Assembly (NCBI RefSeq): GCF_006345805.1 | Contig: NW_021832417.1 | Span: 107,261-171,260 of the forward strand | Direction: 5' to 3' | Origin: Octopus sinensis | Taxonomy: Eukaryota | Length of the DNA stretch: 64,000 bases | Shown here: one piece after another, positions 13,486-26,595 of the stretch | Layout of the letters: each line of letters begins with the position of its first letter | How positions within the stretch are numbered: position 1 is the first letter of the stretch | Translations under genes and position numbers: made by a program | The notes under the pieces: model-generated | Databases searched by the model: none | Seen by the model: the letters and a program-made list of their open reading frames with translations, nothing else | Told to the model about the DNA's origin: nothing

Positions 13486-13922
13486 ATACATATATATACA
13501 TATATATAATATACATATATATATACATATACATATATATACATATATATACATATATATATATACATATATATACATATATATATACATATATATATAT
13601 ATATACAAACATACATACATACATACATATATATACAAACATACATACATATATAATATATATATATACATACATACATATATATATACAAACATACATA
13701 CATATATATACAAGCATACATACATACATACATACATACATATACATACACAAACATACATACATACATATATATATATATATTATACATACATATATAT
13801 ATACATACATACATACATATATATATATACATACATATATATATATATACATACATATATATATATACATATATATATACATACATACATACATATACAT
13901 ATATATATACATACATACATAT

Positions 13923-13955
<33 letters not shown>

Positions 13956-14002
13956 TACATACATACATACATATATATATACATACATACATACATATAT
14001 AT

Positions 14003-14035
<33 letters not shown>

Positions 14036-14057
14036 TACATACATACATACATATATA

Positions 14058-14093
<36 letters not shown>

Positions 14094-14125
14094 TACATAC
14101 ATACACATACATATATATATATACA

Positions 14126-14161
<36 letters not shown>

Positions 14162-14170
14162 CATACATAT
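13486..14170. repeat. Compound (TA)n/(TACA)n microsatellite
   Basis: Direct inspection. Confidence 0.95.
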
Positions 14171-17100
14171 TCTCTTCGCCATAGACTGTGCACTGATAGA
14201 GACTGCAAATTCACCCATTTACCTGGAACAAAACGCTCTATCCCCACAAAACTACAACAGCAACCACCATAATACAACATCACCACAACCACCAATATCT
14301 CAAACAAGGAATCCCCAAATCTGCCGCTATTCCCAGCGAGACAGATTGTGCTTGCACAGGGATTGCCCCCTTTTACCCATCTCCCGGGACTCGTCGTCGG
14401 ACATTTAAAGATAATCACTCACATAAAAATAGCCGCGGCCACAGTCACCTGCGGTTCCCTAGACAGGAAACCACCTCTTCTTCCTCTTTTTTAGCTATAA
14501 TGAATCTAGCAAAAGAACTGGAAAAAAACATCCGAGCTATCACCCACCGCCATCCACCACTATTACCCCACTACACATGCCATTAAAAAGCAATCAAATA
14601 AACAAATCACCAAAACAATTAAAACCATCCACTCTCGCCTCAACATTTCTGCTTAATGCCCAAGGCATCAGCCCTTCCACCAATACACAAAAATGGAAGA
14701 TAAGATTCCTGGAGGACTGGGTCGAGGCCCATCCAAACCACATCCCTTTCTTCGTCCTCACTGAAAACCATTTAGTGACCTCCACTTGGAAGCCGAGGTG
14801 TGAAAGTAAAAATTTCAAAACCATTCGTGCTGATCGTGTTGGCAGAAGAAAGGGTGGGACTGCCATTTATGTCCATGATTCATTCTCAACAGAAGCCATG
14901 AACATATTTTCGAATGGATACTGCGAAGCAGTCGCTGTATTCAGTCAAACCAACAACTTAACAGTAGTTGGGCTCTACAGACCACCCCAAACGCCCCTAC
15001 CATGCTTCAAGGAATGCCTCAACAGCATAAAGTGTTTCATTCAGCAGTGTCAACCTGACAACATTTTAATGATGGGAGATTTCAACCTTCCCGGGGTTGA
15101 CTGGTCTACAAACAGTCTGCCGCCAGGTTCTTCTCTCTCAACCCCTGACAGGGAGGCAGTGGAATCGCTTCTTGACTTCATGGATGACTTCTTCTTGTCC
15201 CAACTGGTACTCGAACCAACGAGATGTCATAAAAAACGTCTTAGACTTAATTTTCAGCAATCACACTGATACTATCCACAATATTGCAGTGGAGAAAACC
15301 CTACTCTCCGACCATGACATGGTTCTCTGTGATCTGAGATTTCACTGGCCAAAATGCAAAACAAATGTCATCCCTCCTGCTCATCCATTTGACACTATGG
15401 ATTTCCACAATGCAAACTGGGAAGCGATCAATAATGATCTTGCACAAGTCGATTGGTCCTTCACGCACACATACACACCCACTAACATCAAAAAGTCCTG
15501 GCAGTCACTTGTAGACACCATCACGAACATATGTGCAAGACACACCCCATTAAGATCTGCAAACAAATCTAAGTGTCGAATCCCTAGAAATAGAAAATCT
15601 CTCATAAGGAAAATTAAAGAATCAACAAAAAGATCAACATGCTGAAATACTGTCAACAGCAACACACCAACCTGACTGCCATCTCGTCGCTAGAGATTAA
15701 AAAACATAAACTCCAAAACAACATGATGTCTATCATCAATAGTCAGCGAAGAGCTGAAGAGGCCTGGGCCATTGAGAAGATCAAACTCAATCCCAAAGTG
15801 TTCTTTTCATTTGCAAAAAAACACAGAGTCACTGGTTCTACTGTTGGCCCTCTGATTGATGAAAATGGTACTCTTCAAGACAATGCCAAAACCATGGAGA
15901 AATATTGCAGAGAAACAATATTGCTCTGTTTTCAGCAATCCTGATATGACTGATCTGGGCTGTATCAGTGATGTTACTCCCCAATACACTTTATCGGACA
16001 TAACATTTGGCGCTCCTGATGTCTTAGCAGCAATAAAGGAAATGAAGCATAATTCAGCAGTAGGTCCCAATAGGTTCCCTGCTTGTGTCTTGAAGATGTG
16101 TCAAAACCAACTTGCACCCCCTCTAGCCAATCTGTGGCGGAACTCATTGGATGCTGGATATATACCAGAAGACCTTCTATCCCAGTCTGTTGTCCCAGTT
16201 TTCAAAAAAGGAAACAAATCGCTTGCCGTGAATTACCGTCCAATCTCACTCACCTCTCATATCATCAAGGTATTTGAGAGGGTGCTGAGATCGCGTATGA
16301 CTCACTTCCTTGAGAGTCATAATATGCTGAACCCCAACCAGCATGGATTCCGTAATGGGAGAGATTGCCTGACGCAGCTACTGCATCATTTTGATGACAT
16401 TTTGAGAGCCTTGGGAGAGGGTTCCAACACTGATGTCATCTACCTTGATTTCAGCAAGGCCTTTGACAGGGTTGATCATAAGATCCTTCTGAGAAAGCTG
16501 TCCAATATTGGTGTCACTGGAAAGCTGCTACAATGGATCAAGTGCTTCCTCTAACAGAACCCAACATGTTGTAGTCGAAGGAGTCAAATCCAGCCCAGCC
16601 AAAGTCAGCAGTGGTGTCCCACAAGGCACTGTGTTGGGCCCACTTCTCTTCATCATCTACATAAATGATATTACTGACACCATCAAACACAGCAACATCA
16701 GAACCTTCGCTGATGATTCCAAGCTCCAGAAGGTCATCAATGGCGTGGATGACCGAATAAACCTTCAGTCAGACCTACTGGCTGTTGTCCAATGGGCGGA
16801 AAAGACAACATGTTGCTAAATGAAGACAAATTCGAACTGATCCACTTTGGAAGGGAGGACGCTCTGAAACTCCCATACTCTCTTCCTTCTGGAGAAATTC
16901 TCATGGCATCCAACAACATCAGAGACCTGGGAGTAACAGTGGACAACAACATAAGCTGGGCTACACATATAGCAGCAAAGTTGACATGGCCCGCAGAATG
17001 TGTTCCTGGATTCTCAGAACCTTCCAGTTGAGAGATTCCCACGCTATTATCCTTCTCTTCTCCACTTTTGCCCGACCCCACCCCTTGAATACTGCTGTCC

Positions 17101-17680
17101 ACTGTGGTCTCCCTACACAAAACAAAATATTATGAGAATTGAAGCTCCCCAAAGGTCAATCACAAAAAAGATAGATGGCATGTCAGACCTTGACTACTGG
17201 GGTAGACTAGAGAAGCTGAAATTGTATTCACTCCAACGACGCCGTGAACGCTACATTATCTGTATGATGGGAAAATATTCCATCAGCACTGTCCGAATGA
17301 TGTTGGCATCACCTTCAAAATGCATCCAAGGCTTGGACCACGTGCCATCCGTCCACAACAAAAATCTAAATCGCATCACATAACGACAATACGGCACAAC
17401 TATTTCACCTCAATTGGACCCGCTCTCTTCAACATTACACCAGGACACGTCAAAAAAGAAACTGACCACACAAAATTCAAGAAGTCTTTGGACAAATTCC
17501 TTCAAACAGTACCGGACAAACCACCCACACCCGGATATGTCTCCGCAAACAATAACTCTCTGCTCGAATGGGCCTTGGTGCCCAAATCCTGAACTGAAAG
17601 ACTTCGCCAGGTGGTGCTATTAAGTTAGACATGGCCTGGGCCAATACTGGCCAAAAACCTTTCTAAGTTATTCTAAGTTA
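14171..17680 (+). mobile_element. CR1-clade LINE, 5'-truncated inside ORF1, disrupted ORF2
   Basis: APE and RT motifs in order; C-terminal LEKLKLYSLQRRRER and FKKSLDKFLQTVPDKPPTPGY; 3' end (TTCTAAGTTA)x2 at 17661-17680; microsatellite on both sides. Confidence 0.9.
14577..17592 (+). pseudogene. CR1 ORF2 (APE endonuclease + reverse transcriptase), frameshifted and with stops
   Basis: LLNAQGI, LTENHL, GLYRPP, MGDFNLP, LDLIFSN, SDHDMV, NYRPISLTS, QHGFR, YLDFSKAFDRVDH, GVPQGTVLGPLLF and FADDSKL are spread over seven ORF-track fragments. Confidence 0.9.
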
Positions 17681-17684
17681 TACA

Positions 17685-17720
<36 letters not shown>

Positions 17721-17785
17721 TATACATCTACATATATACATACATACATATACATACATACATATACATACATACATATACATAC

Positions 17786-17816
<31 letters not shown>

Positions 17817-17913
17817 ATATTATATATATATATATTATTATTATATATATATATAATATATAATATATATATATATTATATATATATATAATATATATAT
17901 ATATATACATACA

Positions 17914-18688
17914 CACATGGTCTGATGGATAAATTGTCGCCATTTTATAAATTTAATTTCACACATGCGCATTGTTTTTGATTTTATTGACTACACAATA
18001 TAGTTGGGTCAGTTGAGTACTGTCTGTGAGAAAAACAACACCATGATGCAATTCACTCTGCCAGAAATTTGGAAATGATATGCTGTACTGCTTGGCAATC
18101 ATGCCAGTAGCTCCAATATGAACAGATGGTGAACACACAGAACTACCATTGGCTTGCATGTCCCCAAAACATGTACTGAGAGTGATAAAAATCAAACATC
18201 CAGTCAGCATCATGGTGTTTGGCATGATCACTAGTGATGGCAACTTTATGCCTCTATTCATCTTCCCACTCAGCCTCAGACTCAACATAAAAGCCTGCAT
18301 TAAGTGCCTGGATGAGGTAATGCTGACCTGGGTCAAGAGGATGGCTGCTGGAAGACCCTATGCCTGGCAACAGGACTCTGCACCATGCCACACAAGCAGG
18401 AGAACCCAGTCATGGCTGTCAGACAATTTCTGCGACCACATCACTCCCAACAACTGGCCATCTAATGCAGCAACACTGCAACTCTCTTGAATATTATGCA
18501 TGGGGCACAGATAAGTGAGAGACCAACAAAAATCCTTGTAACACCAAAATGAACTGAAGGCAAGGATTATGGCAGCATTCACCAACTTAAACAAGGAGAG
18601 TGTCCAGAATAGTTGCTGGAGATTCCGAAGTCGTCTGGAGGCTGTGGTTGAAGCCAATGTCAATTTTATTGAACAAATTTACTCTTTA
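17914..18688 (+). mobile_element. Tc1/mariner-superfamily relic, maT (DD37D)-like, internally deleted, 3' end missing
   Basis: 5' TIR-like GGTCTGATGGATAAATTGTCGCC; MMQFTLPEIWK start; KHPVSIMVFG...WQQDSAPCHTSRRTQSWL...WPSN. About 37 residues separate the second D from the third acidic position after correcting a frameshift. Confidence 0.8.
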
Positions 18689-19313
18689 GTTCATCTTTGG
18701 TGTTAAAAGGAGTTTTGATGGTCTCACTCAACTGCATCCCACACATAATAATCAAGGGGATTGCAGTGTGATGAGTTAGGTGGTCAGATGTTAGGGGTGA
18801 TGTGGTCACAGAAATTGTCTGACAGCCATGTCTGGGTTCTCCTGCTTGTATGGCATAGTGCTGAGTCCTGTAGCCAGATATAGGGTCTTCCAGCAGCCAC
18901 CCTCTTGACCCAGGGCAGCACTACCTTCTCCAGGCACTTGATGTAGATCTCCATGTTGAGTCTGAGGCTGTGTGGGAAGATGAATGGAGCATAACGTCAC
19001 CATCACTAGTGATCTCTCCAAATACCATGTTGCTGACTGGATGTTTGATTTTTATCACTCTCGGTACATGTCCTCAGATTGACACCCAAACACTCTGAAA
19101 TGTTTGTATTGGAGCTTCTGGTGCAGATGCCAATCAGCACAGTGTGTTGTTTCCAGATTTCTGGCAGAGTGAATTGCATCATGGTGTTGTTTTTTTCACA
19201 GATGGTGCCCAACTGACCCTACTATACTGTGTAGTAGACAAAATCAAAAGCAAGTAATGCGCATGCAGGAAATTAAAAATATAAAATGGCGACAGTTTAT
19301 GCATCGTACCCAG
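18689..19313 (-). mobile_element. Second maT-like relic, inverted relative to the first
   Basis: The reverse complement aligns with 17914-18570 (TIR, start region, DDE region), has a different deletion breakpoint and ends in CAG|TA. Confidence 0.8.
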
Positions 19314-19879
19314 TATATATATATTATATTTATGTATGTATAAATACATATAGAAATATACACATTCACACACACACAACACACACATATAATACATACA
19401 TATGAATGTGTGTGTGTAGATGCGGACATATTACATAAAAGAAATTCACACAGATTTCAGCCACTTCCAATAATATTTGTAAAAATAAGCTGTTGGAAGT
19501 TTTTTGAAAATTCTTTTGGATGGGGAATGGTTGGACAGAAGCAGAGAGGAAACAAAGAAATAATGAAAATGGAATGAGATAAGTTAGAGAGAGAAACAAG
19601 TAAATAGCTATTTGTAAGATTTGAAAAACAAGTAATGTCCAGGCAGATTTAAAGCTAATCAATACAAATGGAAATAGGGGGTATCGTTATTTCTATAGAT
19701 ATTGATCACTAAGGTTTTGAGTGCTAAGTGCTTGGACTTTCAGCTGATCAAAGTTTTCCAATTCACTGTTTTATATATGTGAAGTCCTATGATATTTTGC
19801 AGTTTTTATGGAGAATGTTGCCCTGAGGTATTTCCCTTAGTCATAGTGTTGGTACCCATAAACAGTTTCACTACATTAC

Positions 19880-19913
<34 letters not shown>

Positions 19914-19944
19914 CTATCTATCTATATATCTATATATATATATT

Positions 19945-20296
19945 ATCTTTTACTTGTTTCAGTCATTTGACTGTGGCTATCCTGGGCTACCAACTTGGAG
20001 GGTTTTTTGTCGAACAAATCAACTACAAGACGTATTTTCTTTAAGCCTTATTCTATTGGTCTCATTTGTTGTCATGTCGTGGTGAGGGAGAACACAGATA
20101 CAAAGACACACACACAAATATATATATATACAAGACAGGTATCCTTTAGTTTCCATCTACCAAATTCACTCACAAAGCTTTGCTCAGCCAAGGTTACAGT
20201 GGAAGACACTCTCCCAAGATGCTACAGAGTGGAATTGAACACAAAACCATGTGGTTGTGGAGCAAGCGTCTTACCACACAGCCACACCTGTGCCTA
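19945..20296 (-). mobile_element. SINE family A, decayed
   Basis: Tail, short internal TA tract and head as in 1269-1668. Confidence 0.8.
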
Positions 20297-21058
20297 ATAT
20301 AAATCACTTGCAGTTTTGCCAACTGAATTTAACTGAAGAGGTCTAATCTAATAATACTGAAACATGTCTTGCTTTTTTTCTGCTGACTTGGAAGATCTAT
20401 TGTGTGCCAGTCTACATTGTTCTTTCTCATCTTCAATAGTGACAGTGATGAAGTTGGTATTAGTGGCATCTGCAGCATTGTCATCATCCTTATCACCATT
20501 GATATCAGTCTCTTTGTCCTCCTCCTGCTCATTTTATATCTGCTTTCTATGCTGGCATGGAATGGTTCACTACAGCCTGAGTCTGTACATATTCACAGTT
20601 ACTGTCCTCATAGATGTGTTACAAGCATTTTTCTTGCATGTTTCCACTTTTGGCTTCATTTCTATGTCCTGATGCTTTTTCTATCATCAGCTGTTCCACA
20701 GGGCATTCAAGGTGCATTTTATTGTATGACTAGCACTCAGGAGGTTGTCATGTTCTTAACAAGACAAAAAGGTCCTTCTGACTCTAACATCATTCCCTTT
20801 ATTCTCCAACCAATCAACAGAGTGAACATACGCACACATACACATGCATATATACTTGTGTGTGCATGTATGTATGCATGAGTGTATATGTGTCTGTGTG
20901 TTGTATCTATACATATTCGTATGCTTATATATATATATGCATACATATATGTATATGTATATATGTATAGATAGATAGATAGATAGATAGATAGATTATA
21001 GATAGATAGATAGATATACATGTATATATGTCTATATATATATGTGTGTGTGTGTGAG

Positions 21059-21090
<32 letters not shown>

Positions 21091-21514
21091 AATACACACA
21101 CACATATTTGTTTAAATGTCTGTATATATGGAAAGCACCAAGAACCAGGCTTTGCAGTAAATCAATGAAATTTTGAGTATTGACAGTATAACATTGTTGG
21201 AGATGGCAGTACAAGTAGAGTTTAATGGCTGGACCTGGAATATGATATGACAACTGCTCTGATAGTTAGCATGGTGTGTGATTATGTGTATGTGTAATGG
21301 TGTGTGTATGTAGTTATACATATAGAGATAGATATTGAGCTAGAGAGTAAGATTGATAGAAAACAACAGTGACAGCAATGTTAGAATGGGAAAGTGCATA
21401 CACAGATGCATACAACCCATCCTACCCAATATCATCATCATCATCGTCGTCGTGATCGTCGTCATCAAAAGATAGATATAAATAGATTGTAGATGGTTAG
21501 ATAGAGGAAAAGAT

Positions 21515-21529
21515 AGATAACTGAGAGAA

Positions 21530-21581
<52 letters not shown>

Positions 21582-21665
21582 AAGATAGTGAGAGAAAGAG
21601 AGAAAGAGAGTGAGAGAAAGAGAGATGGAAGAGAAAGAGAGAAAGAGAGAGAGTGATAGATGGAA
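21515..21665. repeat. (AG)n-rich microsatellite
   Basis: Direct inspection. Confidence 0.9.
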
Positions 21666-22599
21666 GGGAAGATGGCTATAAAGACAAAGAAAGATGTTCT
21701 TACAGATATATCTACACCTATCTATCTATATTCAACACATACACACACACACACACACATATATACATACATGCGCACACATGCACATGCACACATATAT
21801 ATATATGTATGTATGTAAGCTAAAATATTTCATTGATACATTTAGATGTAAATCTAAGATTAATATAAAAGTCTGTGAAAATAACATGTCTGTATAAGTT
21901 TTATAAGTGAATAATTTTATTAGAATAAAACTAATTATGTAAGTTAGAATAATGCAAACATTCTTTAAATTAGAAAATCCTATTTGGGAAACCTTTCTAA
22001 AAACCCCATTAGTAAAGACTGTCATGTTTTTTTCCTATAATTTTTATTTAAAACTTTTTTCTTTTATTTTCAGCTGTTCTACTTTTCTTTTATGCTTTTA
22101 TTAGCAATTTTTCTAACACACCTATTATAGTATTTCTTTTCTGAAATCTTAAGAGTGAGGAGACTTTCTTTCATTTGGTAAACTATCAGAATGAAATAAG
22201 GAGAACGGAAATATAAATGTATATAATATTTGAGGTTCTTAAGTTACAAAGTAGAAACATTTCTTCTTTGAATTGAAGTTAATACAAAGTGAAAAGCGAC
22301 ACTGATACTTTGACTATAAATTTCTCTCAATGTGAAACAACAGATTCATTCAGAAGAATGATTAGATTCCATTTTCTGTCATCTAGAGTTTCTTCATTGT
22401 CTTGGTGACATTTTTTTTTTCTATTGATTAGGGATGAAAATGAGTAAAATAGAATAAACTGATACAGAGTACTATGAGAAGAAAACCATGTAAAGTTACA
22501 AACAAACATGCAAATGAAAAGAAAAACAAAGGAAAAAAAGATAAAGAAATAAGTGACAAGTTTGATAAGATTTGTCAGTTTTTGATTCCAGGAACTTAC

Positions 22600-22671
22600 C
22601 ACAGCACCATATAGATAGTAAAATGATTGATGTTGTAAATAATGTTACTTAGATATATAATCAGATAAGTA
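22600..22671 (-). CDS. Candidate 72-nt internal exon (TYLIIYLSNIIYNINHFTIYMVL), unidentified
   Basis: CATCAG acceptor, GTG|GTAAGT donor, one open frame, symmetric phase. No homology recognised. Confidence 0.15.
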
Positions 22672-23234
22672 CTGATGGTATTACAAAGAGTGATATTAAC
22701 ACCAAATGGAGAGAGAAGGAGAGAGAGCGAAAGAGAGAGGGGGAGAGAGAGAAGGAGAGAGATAGGGAGATAGATAATAGATTGATACATAGATAGATAG
22801 ACATATATATATATATATATATATTGAGAGAGAGAGGGAAACCCCAGTTAAACTTTCAGATAACTTGATAAAATATGGAAGTAAAGCATTTTGAAGTCTT
22901 CCTTTAAGATTCAAAATGCATAGCTCAATTGTTGTATATGTGCTTCTTTCTATAAGGATCTGAATCATAGAACTGGAAAAAATATTTTAAATATATGATA
23001 ATATACTATACAAGTGAGGTTGTCAATTTCCAGTCTTCCATAAAAAAAACAAGTCTGTCTGTGAGGAAATATCACTTTACTTGGAAACAGGTGAGGGTTA
23101 GCGATAAGAAAGGAATCTGTCGGCAGAAAATCTGCCTCAGCAAATTCTTCTGGGCATGGAAAACTGAACATTAAATGATGATGATAATGATGCACATACA
23201 CACGTTTATTTATATCCTCTACTTCACCATACCA

Positions 23235-24371
23235 AATGGGTTGGCTATAAAGTCATTTGGTTTTTGTCAGCATTAAACTTCAAGCTCTCTAATAAGAAGC
23301 TAATTTCTATTTGTGCTTTGTGTAGGCACACTTGTTGACTGACACTTCAACATAGTTCAGCATGAGCTTGCAATGAGACAGGTTGTACTTTGTATACTTT
23401 GGATCATGTTGAAAATGGAGAACCAAAATGAACTTTATCAACACTTCATGATTTTTTACTTAAAAAAAGGCAAGAAACCAGCAGAAACCTGGAGGAAGAT
23501 ATGCACTTTATACAGACAGGATGCAGCTATGGAATGTGTATGCCAGAAGTGGTTTTCAATATTTTGATTGGTTTTTTTTTGGTTCAAGATGCACCTTGCT
23601 CTGGCTGGCCAGCTAAAATTCATTGAAACCAACCCTTGTTATATGACCAAGATGATTACAGATATTCCCCAAATATCCAAATCAAGTGTTGAAAACAATT
23701 TGTAACATCTTGGTAGCATCAGCACGCTTGATATTTGGGCCCAAAATCAGTTGAATAAAGCTAATCATCCTCAATGGATTTCCATCTGCAATTCTTTGTA
23801 GAAATCGGAATAAAACGATCCCTTTTTTGAAGAGATTGGTGACAGGAGATGCAAAATGGACCGCCTATACCAATATGAAGCACAAATAATCATGGGGACA
23901 TAAGCCAAACCACTACAAACAACCTCCAAAGCAGGACTTCACCTGAAGAAGGTTATACATTCAATTAAGTGAGATTGGATGGGTGTTGTCTTTTACAAGC
24001 TTCTTCCCACAGACAGAGCCAACAGTTCAGACAAATTAAATGCAGTGATCAACCAGAGGCATCCAACACATGCTCATCATTAGGCCATTGTCTTTAATCA
24101 AAATAATGCCAGACTGTACACTTCTTTGTAGTCATGGCAGAAATTACTGGGGCTTGGCTGGAAAGATTTTCTACATCCTCCATATTTAGCTGAACTTGTG
24201 CCTTCAGATTTTTACATGTTTTAATTTCTTCAAAATTCATTGGATGGACAGTCTTTCAACTCTGAAAATTAAGTAAAAATTCACCTGGAAGAGTCTATTA
24301 TTAGTAAAGACAGGAAATTCTTTGAGCAGGAAATAATGCTTCTGCCCACACAATGACAGAAGACACTGGAA
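23235..24371 (+). mobile_element. mariner (DD34D-type) relic, 5' part, interrupted by an RTE
   Basis: TIR-like TGGGTTGGCTATAAAGTCATTTGGTTTTT; MENQNELYQHFMIFYLKKGK, LVTGDAKW, GLHLKKV, QNNARLY, HPPYLAELVPSDF. Confidence 0.85.
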
Positions 24372-26332
24372 TGTCAAAGGTAAAGCTGATGCCTTAGCTT
24401 TAATTACAGAGATATCAAATTGTTGGATCAGGTGATAAAAGTTACAGAGAGTTATAGCTTAACTAATTAGGGAGAGAGTTAACCTAGGTGAGATGCAGTT
24501 TGGTTTTGTGCCAGGTAGAAGCACTACTGATGCTATATTTCAGGTAAGGCAGCTGCAGGAGAAATACTTAGCCAAAGATAAACCTTTGTACTTGGCTTCT
24601 GTTGACTGGGAGAAAGCCTTTGACAGGGTCCCCTGATCCTTTAATCTGGTGATCAATGTGGACACTAGAGATAGATGAGTGGTTGGTGTGAGCTGTACAA
24701 GCATTGTAGAGGCATGCTGCCAGTAAGGTCCGGGTTGGCAATGAGTACAGTGAAGAATTCAGGGTACAATTAGGGGTTCACCAAGGGTTGGTCCCCAGAA
24801 CCTTCTTGTTCATCATAGTCCTCCAGGAATTTAAAACAGGGGAATTTAAGACAGGATGCTCCTGGGAGCTCCTCTATGCTCATGACCTTGCTCTTATAGC
24901 TGAACTAGAGAAGAAATTCTAGGTATGGAAGCAAGGTCTAGAATTGAAGGGCCTTAGAGCTAACCTAGCAAAAAACAAAGTCTCAGTAAGTAGGAAGGCA
25001 GACAAATCACAAATCCCTTCAGGTAGATGGCTCTGCTCGATCTGTAGAAAAGGTGTAGGTAGAAACTCCATAAGATGCACCTGGTGTAAACTTTGGACAT
25101 ATAAAAGGTGCAGCAATATTAGAGGAAAGCTAACAGGGAAAATAGTTTTTGTATGTGGAAGATGCACAGGTACAATAAACGCTGAAAATATGCAGAAAAT
25201 AGACTCCATCAACTGTCAGGAGGGCAAGCTAGAGGTAGTAGATAGCTTCTTTATCTAGGTGACCAAGTTAGTAGCAGAGTGTAGCTGAGAGAATAAGATT
25301 AGGCTAGGCAAAGTTCAGAGAGCTCCTACTTCTGCTGACAAGAAAAGGCCTATCTCTCAGAATGAAAGGCAGTTGTATGATGCCTATGTGCAAACAGCTA
25401 TGCTACATAGCAGTAAAACATAGGCTGTGACAGCCAAGGGCATGCCTAGGTTTGAAATAAATCAAGCCAATATGCTTTGCTGGATGTGCAATATCAGTGT
25501 GCGTGTTCAACAGAGTGTAAGCATCTTGAGAGAAAAATTAGGCATAAGAGGTATCAGATGTGGTGTGCAAGGAAGATGATTGCACTGGTATGGTCATGTG
25601 ATGTGTATGGACAAGGACAGCTGTGTAAAGAAGTACCGATCTCTAACTGTGGAGGGAACCTGTGGTAGAGGTAGACCCAGGAAGACTTGGGACGAGGTGG
25701 TGAAGCATGATCTCTGAACTTTGAGCCTCGTAGAGGCAATCACTAGTGACCATGACCTTTGGGGATATGCTGTACTTGAGAAGACCCATCAAGCCAAGTG
25801 AAATCATAGTTGTGACTGATGCTGGTGACATGTAACTAGCACCTGTGCCAGTGGTGCAAAAAGGACCCCTTTTGAGCATTAAGCCTCATGGAGGTAAAGT
25901 GGCTGAGTTCCTTTCGAGGTCTGGCCTCGTGGAAGTGAGTTCCTTTTGAGCATTGGGCCTTATGGAGGCAAGTTCCTTTCAAGTGTTGAGCCTCATAGAG
26001 ATGAGCTCCTTTCGAGTGTTGCGCCTCACAGAGGCAATGACCGAGACCTGTGTCATTATGTTGTGCTTGAGAAGAAGACCCATCAAGTCGAGCAAAACCA
26101 CAGCGGTGATAGAAACCAGTGTCACACAAATGGTACCTGTGCTGGTGGCATGTCAAAGCACTCGTTACACTCTCAGAGTGGTTGGCATTAGGAAGGGTAT
26201 CCAGCTGTAGAAACGATGCCAAATCAGACTTGAGTCTGGTGTAGCCTTCCAGCTTGTCAGCCCTAGTCAAACCACCCAACTCATGCCAGCATGGACAATG
26301 GACATTAAAAGATGATGATGTTGATGATGATG
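24372..26332 (+). mobile_element. RTE-clade LINE, 5'-truncated, decayed RT + PHD-like finger + repetitive 3' UTR
   Basis: KGKADAL..NYRDIKLL, MQFGFVPGRSTTDAIF, VDWEKAFDRVP, GVHQG, LLYAHDLAL, VVDSF, WYGHVMCM, GRGRPRKTW; ends in (GAT)n. Confidence 0.9.
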
Positions 26333-26400
26333 TATCTAAAACTTGTGTCTTATTTTTCACTTAAAAAAAAAACTGAACAAAATTTTTGGGCAACCCAATA
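26333..26400 (+). mobile_element. 3' end and TIR of the mariner that begins at 23235
   Basis: The reverse complement TATTGGGTTGCCCAAAAATTTTGTTCAGTTTTT resembles the 5' TIR. Confidence 0.65.
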
Positions 26401-26595
26401 CATTTTACTTCATTAAACAATCAACCACTTGGGGCATCTAGGTCATCATTTCATCTATTTGCAAAAGCAGTTGATATGGGACATTCAATCATGTAGTACC
26501 CCTATATACCACTAAAGGACTGAGTGATCATGGCTGGAACACCAATCACAGTAGTATGTCCTGCTTGGAAAAAATCTCCAACAGTGTATGCCCTG

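Noticed and set aside
13230-14408. Long ORFs of 200-390 aa (YI/HT/MYVC repeats), and similar ones at 7.3, 27.5, 31.5, 55.5 and 61 kb
   Set aside because: They are translations of TA/TACA/TATG microsatellites, which lack stop codons.
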